Part shown: positions 41,301 through 52,600 of the stretch, in pieces
How positions within the stretch are numbered: the first letter of the stretch is position 1
Layout of the letters: the number at the start of each line of letters is the position of its first letter
DNA from: Octopus bimaculoides
Taxonomy: Eukaryota
Direction of reading: 5' to 3'
Assembly: GCF_001194135.2 (NCBI RefSeq)
Contig: NC_068995.1
Location: 40,586,993-40,650,992, forward strand
Length of the DNA: 64,000 bases
Program-made: the position numbers and the translations under genes
The notes under the pieces: generated by a model
Seen by the model: the letters and a program-made list of their open reading frames with translations, nothing else
Database searches by the model: none
Told to the model about the DNA's origin: nothing

Positions 41301-42164
41301 TACTGAGTGAGAGAGAGAAGGGAACGTGAGGGGGAGAGGTGAAAGGGAGAGAGAGGGAGAAAGGGGGGGATGAGGAGGGAGAGAGAGATAAGACCGAGGC
41401 ATGAAACCTATTAAAAATAATGATTAAGACATCCACAAGACACGCTATTTCGTTTTACACTGCAACGAAGACGTGATGGTCGTAACCGGAACGCCATTTA
41501 TCATAGGTTTGCTCGATTATAGAGCAGAGCTGAGACCGTGCAACAACAGCAATAACATATCCAATCATACTATCGCCAGTCAATTATCGTTCATAGAAAC
41601 TAATGAGCCGAGTCTCCAGGATTCCAGACGATTTCTTTACGGTGACACACCACTGGGCAAGTGACTCCGCCCCTAATCAATGTACACACAAACGCGTGCA
41701 CATATACACACTTGCACGCACGCAAGCACACACATACACGCATAGAATAATGAAGCACACAGATAAGAAATACTGCAAAAAAAATGAGGAAATATATAAA
41801 AGAATTCGAGAAGTAGACACTTAAAGATATTTCAGCTTTATGACACTTTTGGTGAGTGGGCTTCATTAAATATATTCAGATGGGGTTATAGATAGACACA
41901 GAGAGAGAAGGGGGTCAAGGGGAGAGAGACATTGAAAAGGGCCGAGAGTTTTAAAGAAAGAAGGTAAGAGATAAAGAGATACGTTTAAGTGATTGTCTTG
42001 GTAGAAACGTATGTATATACGTACGTACGTACATACGGACGGATGGACGGATGGATGGATGAATGTACGCATGTTGATCAAGAGTTAGGGAATGTAAGTA
42101 GAACGTTGAGTTGAATCTAACAACCCTCTCGAAACTTTGTGGTTGTTGTTGGTGTTTTAATTCA

Positions 42165-42760
42165 AAATCGTTAGCGCATTCGACAAAATGCTTACTCTTT
42201 TACTCTTTTACTTGTTTCAGTCATTTGACTGTAGCGATGCTGGAGCACCGCCTTTTAGTCGAGCAAATCGACCCCAGGACTTATTCTTTGTAACCCTAGT
42301 ACTTATTCTATCGGTCTCTTTTGCCGAACTGCTAAGTTACGGGGACGTAAACACACCACCATCGGTTGTCAAGCGATGTTTGGGGGTGGGGGCAAGCAGA
42401 CACAAAAAAATTATCACACACACACATATACGACGGGCTTCTTTCAGTTTCCGTCTACCAAATCCACTCACAAGGCTTTGGTCGGCCCGAGGCTATAGTA
42501 GAAGACACTTGCCCAAGTTGCCACGCAGTGGGAATGAAACCGGCACCATGTGGCTGGTAAGCAAGCTACTTACCACACAGCCGCGGACATTCCTTCCAGC
42601 TTTATACGTTCTGAGTTCAAATCTACGCGCCGGAGTCGACTTTGTCTGAATCCTTTCGGGGTCGATAAATTAATTACCAGTTAAACACTAGGATCGATGA
42701 AATCGAAGTACCCACCTACTCCCTCGAAATTGCTGGCCTTGTGCCAAAATTGGAAAACCA
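42165..42760. mobile_element. Family B SINE (-, ~42193-42582) nested in a family A SINE (+)
   Basis: The family A head ends at AAAATGCTTA (42192) and resumes at GCGG..CGTTCTGAGTTCAAAT after the B copy. Confidence 0.8.
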
Positions 42761-43305
42761 TTATGAATAGGATGATTGGTAACTGCCATGTTTTGGGGGA
42801 AGAATTAGCTCTGTGAGAAGGATTTGTGTTTTAATTGCCTACCTTGAGTTCGTAAGAAGTATTGTTATAGAAAATGTGCTTTTCATATGTGAATAAAGAT
42901 TGCTTTGCAGTTATATAAACACTATACTTCGTAAGTAGTCCCTATGAGTACTATTTTCTGAACTTCTTACGTTATTATTATTATCATTATTATTAAAAAA
43001 AGGTAATGTAAAAGGAGAAAGGGCTCTATACCCCTTTCTTATTTTTTCTGACCAGGCTCCCGTGGTTTTATGGGTTTTTCCACGTGTAACCTTTCCTTTT
43101 TCAAAGCGCCTCCCCCTTTGGGAGTTCCACTTATTTATTTATCTATTTATTTATATCTTTCTCCGTTTTTTTCCTCTGTTTAGACGAACTTTCCTACCTT
43201 TTCGGACAAAACCTTTTGTAACCTTCGTCCTGTCTTTGTCCTTATATGTTTTTAATTGATATTAGCCCTTGTGGCCAATAAAACGAATTAATTATTATCA
43301 TCATT

Positions 43306-43843
43306 TATTGTCTTTGCACAACTTGCAAACGCTGGAGGTGTACTACGGTGCCAGCTGTTCCTTATCAGTGAACTAAGGTAACACCCATTATTTTCCGAGC
43401 ACCATCCGGAGTATTCGAGCGGTTCCAAGCAGTGCTGTTTTCTGCAAGTGCTCCACCCTTATTGCAGCCCCTATTTGTTCCACGTACTTCACGAGATTTT
43501 TTCTCACTGTTCCCAGGCTCCGACAACTATTGCTACCAATACCACTTTTTCATCGACCACAACTGCTTAACCTCCCAAGCTAACCTGTCATATCTATCGA
43601 CTTTTCTCTTTCTTCCTTATCGCATATCTTTTTGGGGCATGATATATCTATGATCTTGCTTTCTTTCTCAATTAAGACTATGTCTAGCTTCCTATTCTCT
43701 ATCTCATGGTCGCACGGAATCATAAAACCCCATAGAATTTTTGCATTATCACATTCGACGATGCCTTTTGATTTATGTTCATGCCACTTTTTTGCTTTGT
43801 CAAATCCAGGATTTGTCTCTATAATAGAATGGATTATTACCCT
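43306..43843 (-). mobile_element. R4/Dong-clade 3' fragment (restriction-like endonuclease domain + 3' UTR)
   Basis: KKWHEHKSKGIVE..KILWGFMIPCDHEIENRKLDIVLIEK..IIDISCP, then QKTALLGTARILRMVL*; TTA-type repeats on both sides. Confidence 0.88.
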
Positions 43844-43860
43844 TATTATTATTATAATTA

Positions 43861-43894
<34 letters not shown>

Positions 43895-43951
43895 GTTTCG
43901 TATGTGTATTTCGTGTGCAAGATTCTTGATGTGGATACGTGTGTTGAAAGA

Positions 43952-44017
43952 AATACAATTAAACCTTGGGAGAGGCATTATGCCGGCATAATGCCTCTCC
44001 CAAGGTTTAATTGTATT
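43952..44017. repeat. Perfect 66-bp palindrome, no spacer
   Basis: AATACAATTAAACCTTGGGAGAGGCATTATGCC|GGCATAATGCCTCTCCCAAGGTTTAATTGTATT. Confidence 0.97.
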
Positions 44018-44030
44018 ATTATTATTATTA

Positions 44031-44069
<39 letters not shown>

Positions 44070-44071
<2 letters not shown>

Positions 44072-44290
44072 TAGCCTTATTTTTATCGTGTGCTTTCACT
44101 GCACTACCGAGCGCAGCTTTGTGTGCCTTAGGTATGTGCAGCGGTTTATTTTGGTGCTCTTATTTTCACTGTTTGAAAGTGTTTTACGTAGGATGTGTGC
44201 AGTGCCCAGTAGTGCTATTTTCTGTATGTTATATATACCTGTTATTCCTGGTGTTTTTGCTATGTATTTATCTGAATATTTTTTTTTATT
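44070..44290 (-). mobile_element. R4/Dong-clade extreme 3' end, second subfamily
   Basis: KYSDKYIAKTPGITGIYNIQKIALLGTAHILRKTLS, a distinct 3' UTR, then (AAT)n. Confidence 0.82.
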
Positions 44291-44694
44291 ATACCCAATG
44301 CGCCTACTAAATAAGGGTGTATCAGAGATCTACGTATTTTTTTCCGCCGTAGCCCCGAGTAATTTATATTTTTATTATTTGTTCAGTACTTTTAGAGATT
44401 TTATACTTGGTTTAAACGAGTTCAGATGCACTCTAGCATTTTTTCCTATTCAAACATACATGCATATGTATATATATATATATATATATATATCACGCCT
44501 CATATATTAGTGTGCGTAGGTGTGTGTGTATAAACATTAAGTTTGCTAATAATGATAAGTTGAAATTAAATTAAATGTCGAAAGTAAATTACAGTAAAAG
44601 AAATTTTTAAAATCTGTTTCTTGTTAATTGACTCACTTAAACGACAGAAAAATACCAGTTTTCATATCTCTCTCTCTCTCGCTCTCTCTCAGTA

Positions 44695-44732
<38 letters not shown>

Positions 44733-44963
44733 TACATATTTATACAGATATATATGGATATATGTATGTATATAAATTTTTTTTCATTATTTTGAACCGT
44801 TAATCCCTTCGCATTTCTCTCTTTCTCTTTCTCTCCCCCCTCTCTCTCTCTCTTTTTTTTTTCGTACACTCTCCATTTTTTCCTCTCAACCCTTTCTGTC
44901 GTATATCGTTGGCTCGAAACGNNNNNNNNNNTTTCGTACACTCTCCATTTTTTCCTCTCAACC

Positions 44964-44999
44964 CTTTCTGTCGTATATCGTTGGCTCGAAACGTCAAAG
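44964..44999 (+). ncRNA. Degenerate minimal hammerhead-like motif inside a dispersed repeat (~44950-45090)
   Basis: CTTT-CTGTCGT-A-TATC GTTG GCTC-GAAAC-GTC-AAAG. The 3' half and helix I are intact; the core and helix II are decayed. Confidence 0.4.
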
Positions 45000-45203
45000 A
45001 CTTTTCCATTGTCTCCGAGCGTCAAACTAATACACCTGCTTGTTGTTCCCTCACCTGTCTTCGTCTTTTCTTTTTTGTGAATTTGAATTATATATATTGT
45101 GTGAGTGTGTGTGTGTGTATGTATGTGTGTGTGTGTGTGTATGTGTATACATATATATATGTATATTATGTGTGTGTGTGTATATATATACACATATACA
45201 TAC

Positions 45204-45235
<32 letters not shown>

Positions 45236-46380
45236 CTAGCTGAATTACCTGGTAATGCCCGGAAAAGCGGGAGTTATTTCCACTTCCCGGTCCCATTACA
45301 GTTTCATGCCCTATCCCGTTCCCTATTCAGTTCCGTTTTTGCTCCGCTCCCATCTTATATCTATGTATACATTTTAGAATCAGTTAGGTGTAATTAAACC
45401 AATAAATATTTCATTAACTTTTATGGTCATAGTTTATTGCTAAAAATAGGTATTACATACTATTAATACAATTAGTGAGTGAATAAGGAACATCTCTATA
45501 TTATTTTAACAAGCGAATATGCATGTAGGTAAAATAAATTTGACCTGTTATACTGGAAAAGCAGGGGTTATTCCCAATTCCCTTTACCATTACACTTTTC
45601 CATGTCCTATTCCGTTACCTGTTCAGTTCCTATCTTTATGCCCAACCCGTTGTTTATGGCAATAGTTTATTGCTAAAAATAGGCATTGCAAACTATTAAT
45701 TCGATTAGTGGCTCCCTATATTATTTTAACAACCGAATATGCATCTAGTTAAAATAAATTAGATAAATAGATAGATTTACAAATACATTGACAAATAGAT
45801 TTACTAATAGATTTAAAAATATATTTACAAATAGATAATTGTATGCAAAATATGAAGCAAAAAATGGTAGGGCTATACACTAGGATAATCAAAATCCAGA
45901 TTATCTAAATTCTTTACCCACTCTAGTCGATTAAACTTAGTAAAAAGATCAACCTTTGCATGAGCATGGCATACCTGTGAACTCCTTTGCCGCATTAGTC
46001 GTTTGCGTGCGGTTTTAGAGCTAAGGTTTACACGCTTTCGAGGTAGCATCGCGTTCTTGTACTTCAAAGCTATTGTTTTCCTTTTGGAAAGCTGAGTAGT
46101 TCTCACAAACGTCACACGCTGTTTACATGAAGGAGTGCATAGTTGAGCCTTACAGAAGCCTCATTTAATTTGTATCTGTAGATGTATTATTGATTTGTAA
46201 ACACATGCTACAGCCCCCATTAGAGGGCCCATTATAGGTTTTTATTGAAATCTAATTAGCCTATAATTCAACTGGATGTTAGTTTAACATGTATGCGAAG
46301 TTTCGTCAAGATTGGTTCACTTGGGTAGCAAGACGGTAGCAGACAGATAGACAGCAGACAGAAATTGCTATTTATGTATA

Positions 46381-46383
<3 letters not shown>
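45236..46383 (-). mobile_element. Complete non-autonomous Helitron
   Basis: 5' A|TC at 46383, 3' CTAG|T at 45236, subterminal CCGGGCATTACCAGG, no TSD, (TA)n on both sides, and an internal MLPRKRVNLSSKT-like remnant. Confidence 0.75.
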
Positions 46384-46424
<41 letters not shown>

Positions 46425-46427
<3 letters not shown>

Positions 46428-46845
46428 GGCGCTTCCCAAAAACATGGTTCCCATTGCTTGTCACCTTAGGCAAGTGTCTTCTGTTAAAACGTTGTGCGTA
46501 GATATGGTAAACGGAAACTGAAAGAAGCCTGTCCTCTATATACCCATAGCCATCTCTACATATATGTATGTCTGTATGTGTGTGTGTGTGTGAGTGTGTG
46601 TGTGTGCATGTTTTTGTGTCTGTGTTTGACCCCAGTACGGATCGACAACCGATGCTGATATGTTTACGTACCCGTAGCTTAGTGTTCGGCAAAAGAGATC
46701 GATAGAGTAAGTATCAGGCTTAACAGAATAATAATAATGATAATAAGTACTGGGGTTGATTCATTCGACTAAAATTTCTTCAAGGTGGGGCCTCAGCATG
46801 GCCGCAGTCTAATAACTGAAATACGTAAGCGATAAAAGATAAAAA
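46425..46845 (+). mobile_element. Family B SINE, diverged
   Basis: CACCTTAGGCAAGTGTCTT, GGAAACTGAAAGAAGCC-microsatellite, CAGCATGGCCGCAGTC tail. Confidence 0.8.
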
Positions 46846-47189
46846 ATTTATATATACATATATATGCGTACGCAGGTACTGGCTCACACACACGCCCGCA
46901 TACATTCTATAGTACACAATAGTATTGAAAGAAAACACTTTTAACACGCCAATAATTTATTAATCGAGCTAGTTGCTCATAAGGCGTTGTATAATGCAAA
47001 TCAGTCTACCCTGTCCACGTAAGCTCTTAGTCATAGTTGGTTTATAAGCAATGTTTCTGGGGATGGATTTCATCGCTGAAGAAATCCCAACACAAAATGA
47101 AAACTAATCTGTCGATTCCTCTTTTTTTTTTCTTTTTTTTTTTTCTCCTCTAATATATCGCATATGTAGAGAGAAAGAGACCCTCTTCT

Positions 47190-47512
47190 TTCATGAATGA
47201 CCATGGTATTGCATCTAAGATGTTCCCCTCTGAGGCACAATTCCGGGCAAGGTTGTTTATGGAAGACCAGCAGTCACCCATGCATACCAGCCTCCCCTCT
47301 TCACGCCACCGATGTTATCCAGGAAAAAGGCAAAGGCCGATAGAGCTTGGCACCAGTGACGTCGCAACTCATTTCTACAGCTGAATGAACTGAGGCAACG
47401 TGATATAAAGTGACTTGTTCAAAGAACACAACACACAACACGGTCCGGGAATCGAATTCACTACCTCATGATTGTGAGCCAGACGCTCTAACCACAGAGC
47501 CACGCGCCTTCA
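47190..47512 (-). mobile_element. tRNA-derived SINE, head H1 + tail T1
   Basis: Reverse-complement match to 24607-24935. Confidence 0.87.
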
Positions 47513-48049
47513 TATTTTTACATCTTTCTATTACATGCAATTGTGGATATAATCTATGGATATATTCTCTGTTAGGGAATAACTAACTTATTTATATCAT
47601 TCGCTTGTTTATACTATTGCACGAAGTTTGATTTTTCGTTTCAATGAGCTCTTTGCTTGATCATTTGACACAAAAGAAATGTTTTTATTATAATTGTGAT
47701 ATATTTCGTGCGCAATATTTGCATGTTAACACATTCATTCAACATACATGAGCTGAAAACAATGATGCATATTTGTCATACAGTATTTTGTACAAGTTTA
47801 TTTTCTACTTTTTATTTCTTTTCTGTTTTTCTATTATTTTCTGTTTGTATTTGTACGTATTTATGCATTTGCACACACACACACACACACACACGTACAC
47901 GAAGCACTTATATATGTCACAGTTGCCCGCTGCTGCTGTTGATTTATAGGTCTACACTGGATGCCTATTGAACCGGTGGGCCGCCAGGGCAATTATCAAC
48001 TGTTTTGAAGGGGACACCGGGAGTTGTTAAAGTGTTATATTTAGACTGA

Positions 48050-48580
48050 ACCCTTCTCCCCACACACACATACCCTCCTCCCTCTCACCAGCCCCCCCTT
48101 GCCCTTCTGTCACCGCTCTCCGCCTACTGACCTTCTAATCTTCGGCATTTTCCTCACCTCACCTATCACACCTCCTCTCACAACGTCACTACTGTCAACT
48201 CTTACCTCTATCTCACTTCCCTAACTACCACCATCACCACCACCATCACTCTTTCCTCCACCTCCTACTCTTTTTATTCACCTGTTCTACCTACTCCCCA
48301 TTCTTTCTCCTCCTCCTACCATCACCACCGCTACCACCACATCTTAATTATTTTCGCCCTCTTTCATCTCTCTGCTATCAACAGTTACCATCAACATCTC
48401 CTTCCTCACCACCTCACCGCCAACACTACGTTCATTCAGCTAACCAGCCAACCAACCAGCCAACCAGCCAGCCAGCCAGCCAGCCAGTCGGCCAGCCAGC
48501 CAGTCGGTCAGCCAGCTATGCAACCAAATTACCGACCAACCTAAACGCCAGCCTGCTCCCTCACCACCATCCAACCAATC
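48050..48580. repeat. C/T-rich low-complexity tract with (ACC)n and (CAGC)n
   Basis: Directly visible. Confidence 0.85.
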
Positions 48581-48866
48581 AGCTTCAGTATTAATAAGCT
48601 GAATGAATTATTTAAAACTATTTAAGTCATTTCAAATTCTGAGCCATCTTTCCAAAGTTGTCCACGGTCACCAATCATTTAACCACCGCCGCCGCCACAT
48701 TCACCATCACGACGACCACNNNNNNNNNNNNNNNNNNNNNNNNNNNNNNNNNNNNNNNNNNNNNNNNNNNNNNNNNNNNNNNNNNNNNNNNNNNNNNNNN
48801 NNNNNNNNNNNNNNNNNNNNNNNNNNNNNNNNNNNNNNNNNNNNNNNNNNNNNNNNNNNNNNNNNN

Positions 48867-49150
48867 TGAGCACTCCACAGACACGTGTACCCTTAACGTA
48901 GTTCTCGGGGATATTCAGCGTGACACAGTGTGACAAGGCTGGCCCTTTTGAATTACAGGCACAACAGAAACAGGAACTAAGAGTGAGATAAAGTTGCAGT
49001 GGAAGAGTACAGCAAGGTTCGCCACCATCCCCTCGTGGAGCGTTAGGTGTTTTTGCTCAATAAACACTCACAACGCCCGGTCTGGGAATCGAAACCACGA
49101 TCCTATGACCGCGAGTCCGCTGCCTTAACCACTGGGCCATTGCGCCTCCC
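48867..49150 (-). mobile_element. tRNA-derived SINE, head H2 + tail T3 (tail cut by gap)
   Basis: Collinear with 38825-39203. Confidence 0.88.
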
Positions 49151-49424
49151 ACCACCACGACCTTATAAAACTGACACTTGCGTGAGCCTCTATGCGGTCG
49201 CTTGATCTGCTAAAACTAGCAGATAAATGTCACCGGGTGCAGCCCTTCACTTTGCGGCCCCGTCCCCGGGTCCCAAGCCAATACAGGCTTGTGCATCAGG
49301 CCCAAAAGTGCCGTCCTCATAATAGTGCCATGCGGAGCGGGCTGCACCCTTCCTAACTCTGCCACTGTTCAAGACCTGATAGTTAATGGTGAAATGAATT
49401 TGCTTATTGGTTACTAATCATATT

Positions 49425-49765
49425 CTTTTACTTGTTTCAGTTATTTGACTACGGCCATGCTGGAGCACCGCACTGAAGGATTTAGTCGAACACATTGACC
49501 ACCAAGACTTATTTCTTAAGCCGAGCACTTATTCTATCGGCACCTTTTGCCGAACCGCTAAGTTACAAAGACGTAAACATACGAACACCGGTTATGAAGT
49601 GGTGATGGCAGGTGGGGATACAAAAAAGACACCCCCACCCCCACACACACAGAAGGCTATAACAGAAGACTCTCGCCACAGTTGCCACGCAGTGGGGACT
49701 GAACCCGGAACCATGTGGTTGGGAAGCAAGGTACTTATCACACAACCACGCCTCACGCCTGCGCC
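49425..49765 (-). mobile_element. Family B SINE with internal deletion
   Basis: Head and tail are present; the central GAAAGAAGCC block is missing. Confidence 0.82.
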
Positions 49766-50517
49766 TATATATATATATATATATATATATACATACACTT
49801 ACATGCATACATACATGTGTGTGCATATTCTGTGCCTATGTTTTTGCATGCGTGTGTGTGCGCGCGTGCGCGCGCGCGTGCGCGCGCGCGTGCGTGAATG
49901 ACACGAAGAAGAATGGAGGACTATGTATTTTCTTTCTTCATAATTTGTAATCCATAATTCGCTCACGCGCAACTCTGATGAGCTGGCGTTATGTAATACA
50001 ATGACGTGTTAATTCTGCACTGAATTCGATCCATAATTAATCAACAACACTATTACATAGAGCTGGAAAATCAACACTAGTTCACTCTCGTCAAAGCGAC
50101 CACAATGCCAAGACATGCGCGCGTGTGTGCGTTCGAAATGGATTTTCAATTTGCATTCACTTTCAAATATATCGTTTCTGTAAGAAATGCTTTCGCTTCT
50201 TACAATGCAAACACAATAGCTTAACAAATGAGGCTGTTCTGTAATTAAACCTAGAAATCTGTAACAACGACAATAAGTGACTTTTCAGCAGTTACGCATT
50301 TGCTTCGCTTACTCAAGAGTATTTTGGAATTTTCCCGAATTGCTTTGCTTTTATTATCAGTTTCATATAAATTTGTATCCAACGCTAAAAACATGTCCAA
50401 AGTTAGCCAAAAATAAAAAGCGTGTATTAAGATACAGCTGATCTCATTGGGGACATGCTAATATTCTTATCTATGTTTCTATAAAGAAAAAACAATGCTG
50501 TGAACGTCCATCTAGAC

Positions 50518-51774
50518 CAGTGGTTCCCAAACTATGAGTCGCGACCCACTGATGGGTGGCGAACGGAATCCTAGTGGGTCGCAAAAAGTTATAAAATTAC
50601 GCATTAGCTTTGATTAACTGCTGTCTATCGAGATAGTTCAAGACTCATGTTTTCAATACCAGACTGGTTGTTTTATCAAGCAGTAGGCATTTTTTCACGA
50701 ACTTAACAAATCAGAGGTGGTCATTTTCTCAAGTTATTTATTCGTACGTAATCGTAAAAAGGAAATGTCGCGCTATTTGAGAAGTTGTGCGAAGAGATGG
50801 GAAGCGATCATAAATCCTTTCTTTTGTACACAGAAATACGATGGCTCTCGAAGGGAAAAGTGCTAACAAGACTTGCAGAACTCCGTGAAGAAGTAACTAT
50901 ATTTCTGGAAGGTAAAAGCGATTTTGCGAAATATTTGCGCGACAAAGAATTCGTTCTGAGGTTTACGTATTTGGCAGATATTTTTTCGAAATTAAACGAA
51001 CTGAATTTGTACTTACAAGGAACAGAAGGTATCAGTATATTCACAATTCATGAGAAAATTCGAGGTTTTATGAAAAAAACTTGTCCTCTGGAAAAATCGT
51101 ATTAACAACCAAAATTATGACCGTTTTGAAACATTTGAAACCTTTGTAATGGAGAATGAAGCAAAAGTTGATGATGGTATAATCATTGAGATATCTGAAC
51201 ACTTGAATAAGCTAAAAGAAAGTTTTGAATTTTATTTTCATGAAGAGATGAATACTATGCAACAGAAAAGATGGATTATGAACCCCTTTTTCAACCTGAC
51301 GTGACGACTGGAATATCAACAAAAGCCGATGAGGAACTTATCGATTTATCCCAAGACCCTTCCTTGAAAATGACCTTCAACACCCGAAAATTGGTACAGT
51401 TCTGGGCGTCTCTTCAAACCCTGTACCCAATCATTTCCACCGAAGCATTAAAAGTACTTCTCCCTTTCGCGTCGTCTTATAATTGTGAAGCTGGATTTTC
51501 AGCAGTGGTTGGGATTAAAAGAAGCAAATTTCGAAATAAACTGCAGCTCTCAAATTCTTTACGGCTGAAACTATCACGCATTGAACATGATGTTAATTCT
51601 ATTAATGAACGTAGCACGACACAGGCTCATCCTTCTCACAGGCCTCAATGAAAATGTAATCTGAAATAAATTTGTTTCTTTCATTAATGTTTTTACCCAG
51701 TAGATTTAAGTGGGTCGCCACAAACTGGTGTCATAAATAGTGGGTCGCGTCTCTAAAAAGTTTGGGAACCACTG
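50518..51774 (+). mobile_element. hAT (Charlie/Buster, ZBED5-like) transposon, internally deleted
   Basis: 16-bp TIRs CAGTGGTTCCCAAACT / AGTTTGGGAACCACTG; perfect 8-bp TSD ATCTAGAC; CEEMGSDH..YTEIRWLSKGKVL and ALKVLLPFASSYNCEAGFS (hAT dimerisation region). Confidence 0.95.
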
Positions 51775-51999
51775 ATCTAGACTAAATGAACACTCCCTAT
51801 ATTTTGAGGAAGTATTTATTATGATTACCAAAGCGATGACTTTAGGTGGGACTTCTATTCCGATGTTTAACTTTAATTTCCGCACTCGTGTGTAGTGAAA
51901 TCATTTCCTATCCGCAACGTTTTTTTCTTAAACTTATCTTTTGATTTTTCTGATAAACAAATATTTTTTTTTCTCTCAGATCAGTGAAAGTAATCTGCG

Positions 52000-52600
52000 T
52001 GGAGATTCCCAGCAGGGTAGATGTGGCCTGCGAGGAGGCATATGTTGTGCAGACCTTATCTAGGTCCTCCTGACTCATAGCATAGAAAATAGATAAATAA
52101 AAAAGTGGGGGTTAAAAAACAAAAAGGAAACGCAGGACCACTATTGCAGAACGCGCCCCTGAGGTGATTTCTGCCAACCATATTGCCAATTTTATGAAGA
52201 ACTCTTTGGACGTCAAAGTACCACAACGTAAACATCACACATAGAGGGAACTACTACATGGTAACTAGCCTTACTAGAAATAACAACTAAACCTCACTTA
52301 AATCTAATCTTACCGTCTTAAAATAAAAAATACAATAACTAGAATATATAGTCTCTGATATATAAAAATTCGAGATAGTCATGGCTGGAACGCCTTTGAT
52401 CTGCTCAATCGAAAATGACCTCAGGATAATTAATTTCATCATTGATAATAACAGCAACATAACAAGGCATTTGCTCGACTTATTAGAAATAACACCCAAA
52501 TCTTTCTCAATTATTACCCTATCGTTTAAAAAAAAGAAGTACAATGCAGTTCCTGATGTATATAAAGACAGGGTGGCCATATCCAGAATACCTTGGCTTA
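52000..52600 (-). mobile_element. Probable decayed CR1/L2-clade LINE 3' RT region
   Basis: EKDLGVI..LIILRSF followed by DVQRVLHKI-like traces in the expected order; heavily diverged. Confidence 0.45.

Noticed and set aside
44862-44991. Apparent tandem duplication of the hammerhead-like repeat
   Set aside because: The identical 60-bp copies flank a 10-N gap, so this is most likely an assembly overlap; a real dimer cannot be claimed without reads.
51979-52075. Strong plus-strand splice acceptor (T-tract + CAG) followed by short open frames
   Set aside because: No good donor or recognisable protein, and the region is better explained as a minus-strand CR1-like remnant.
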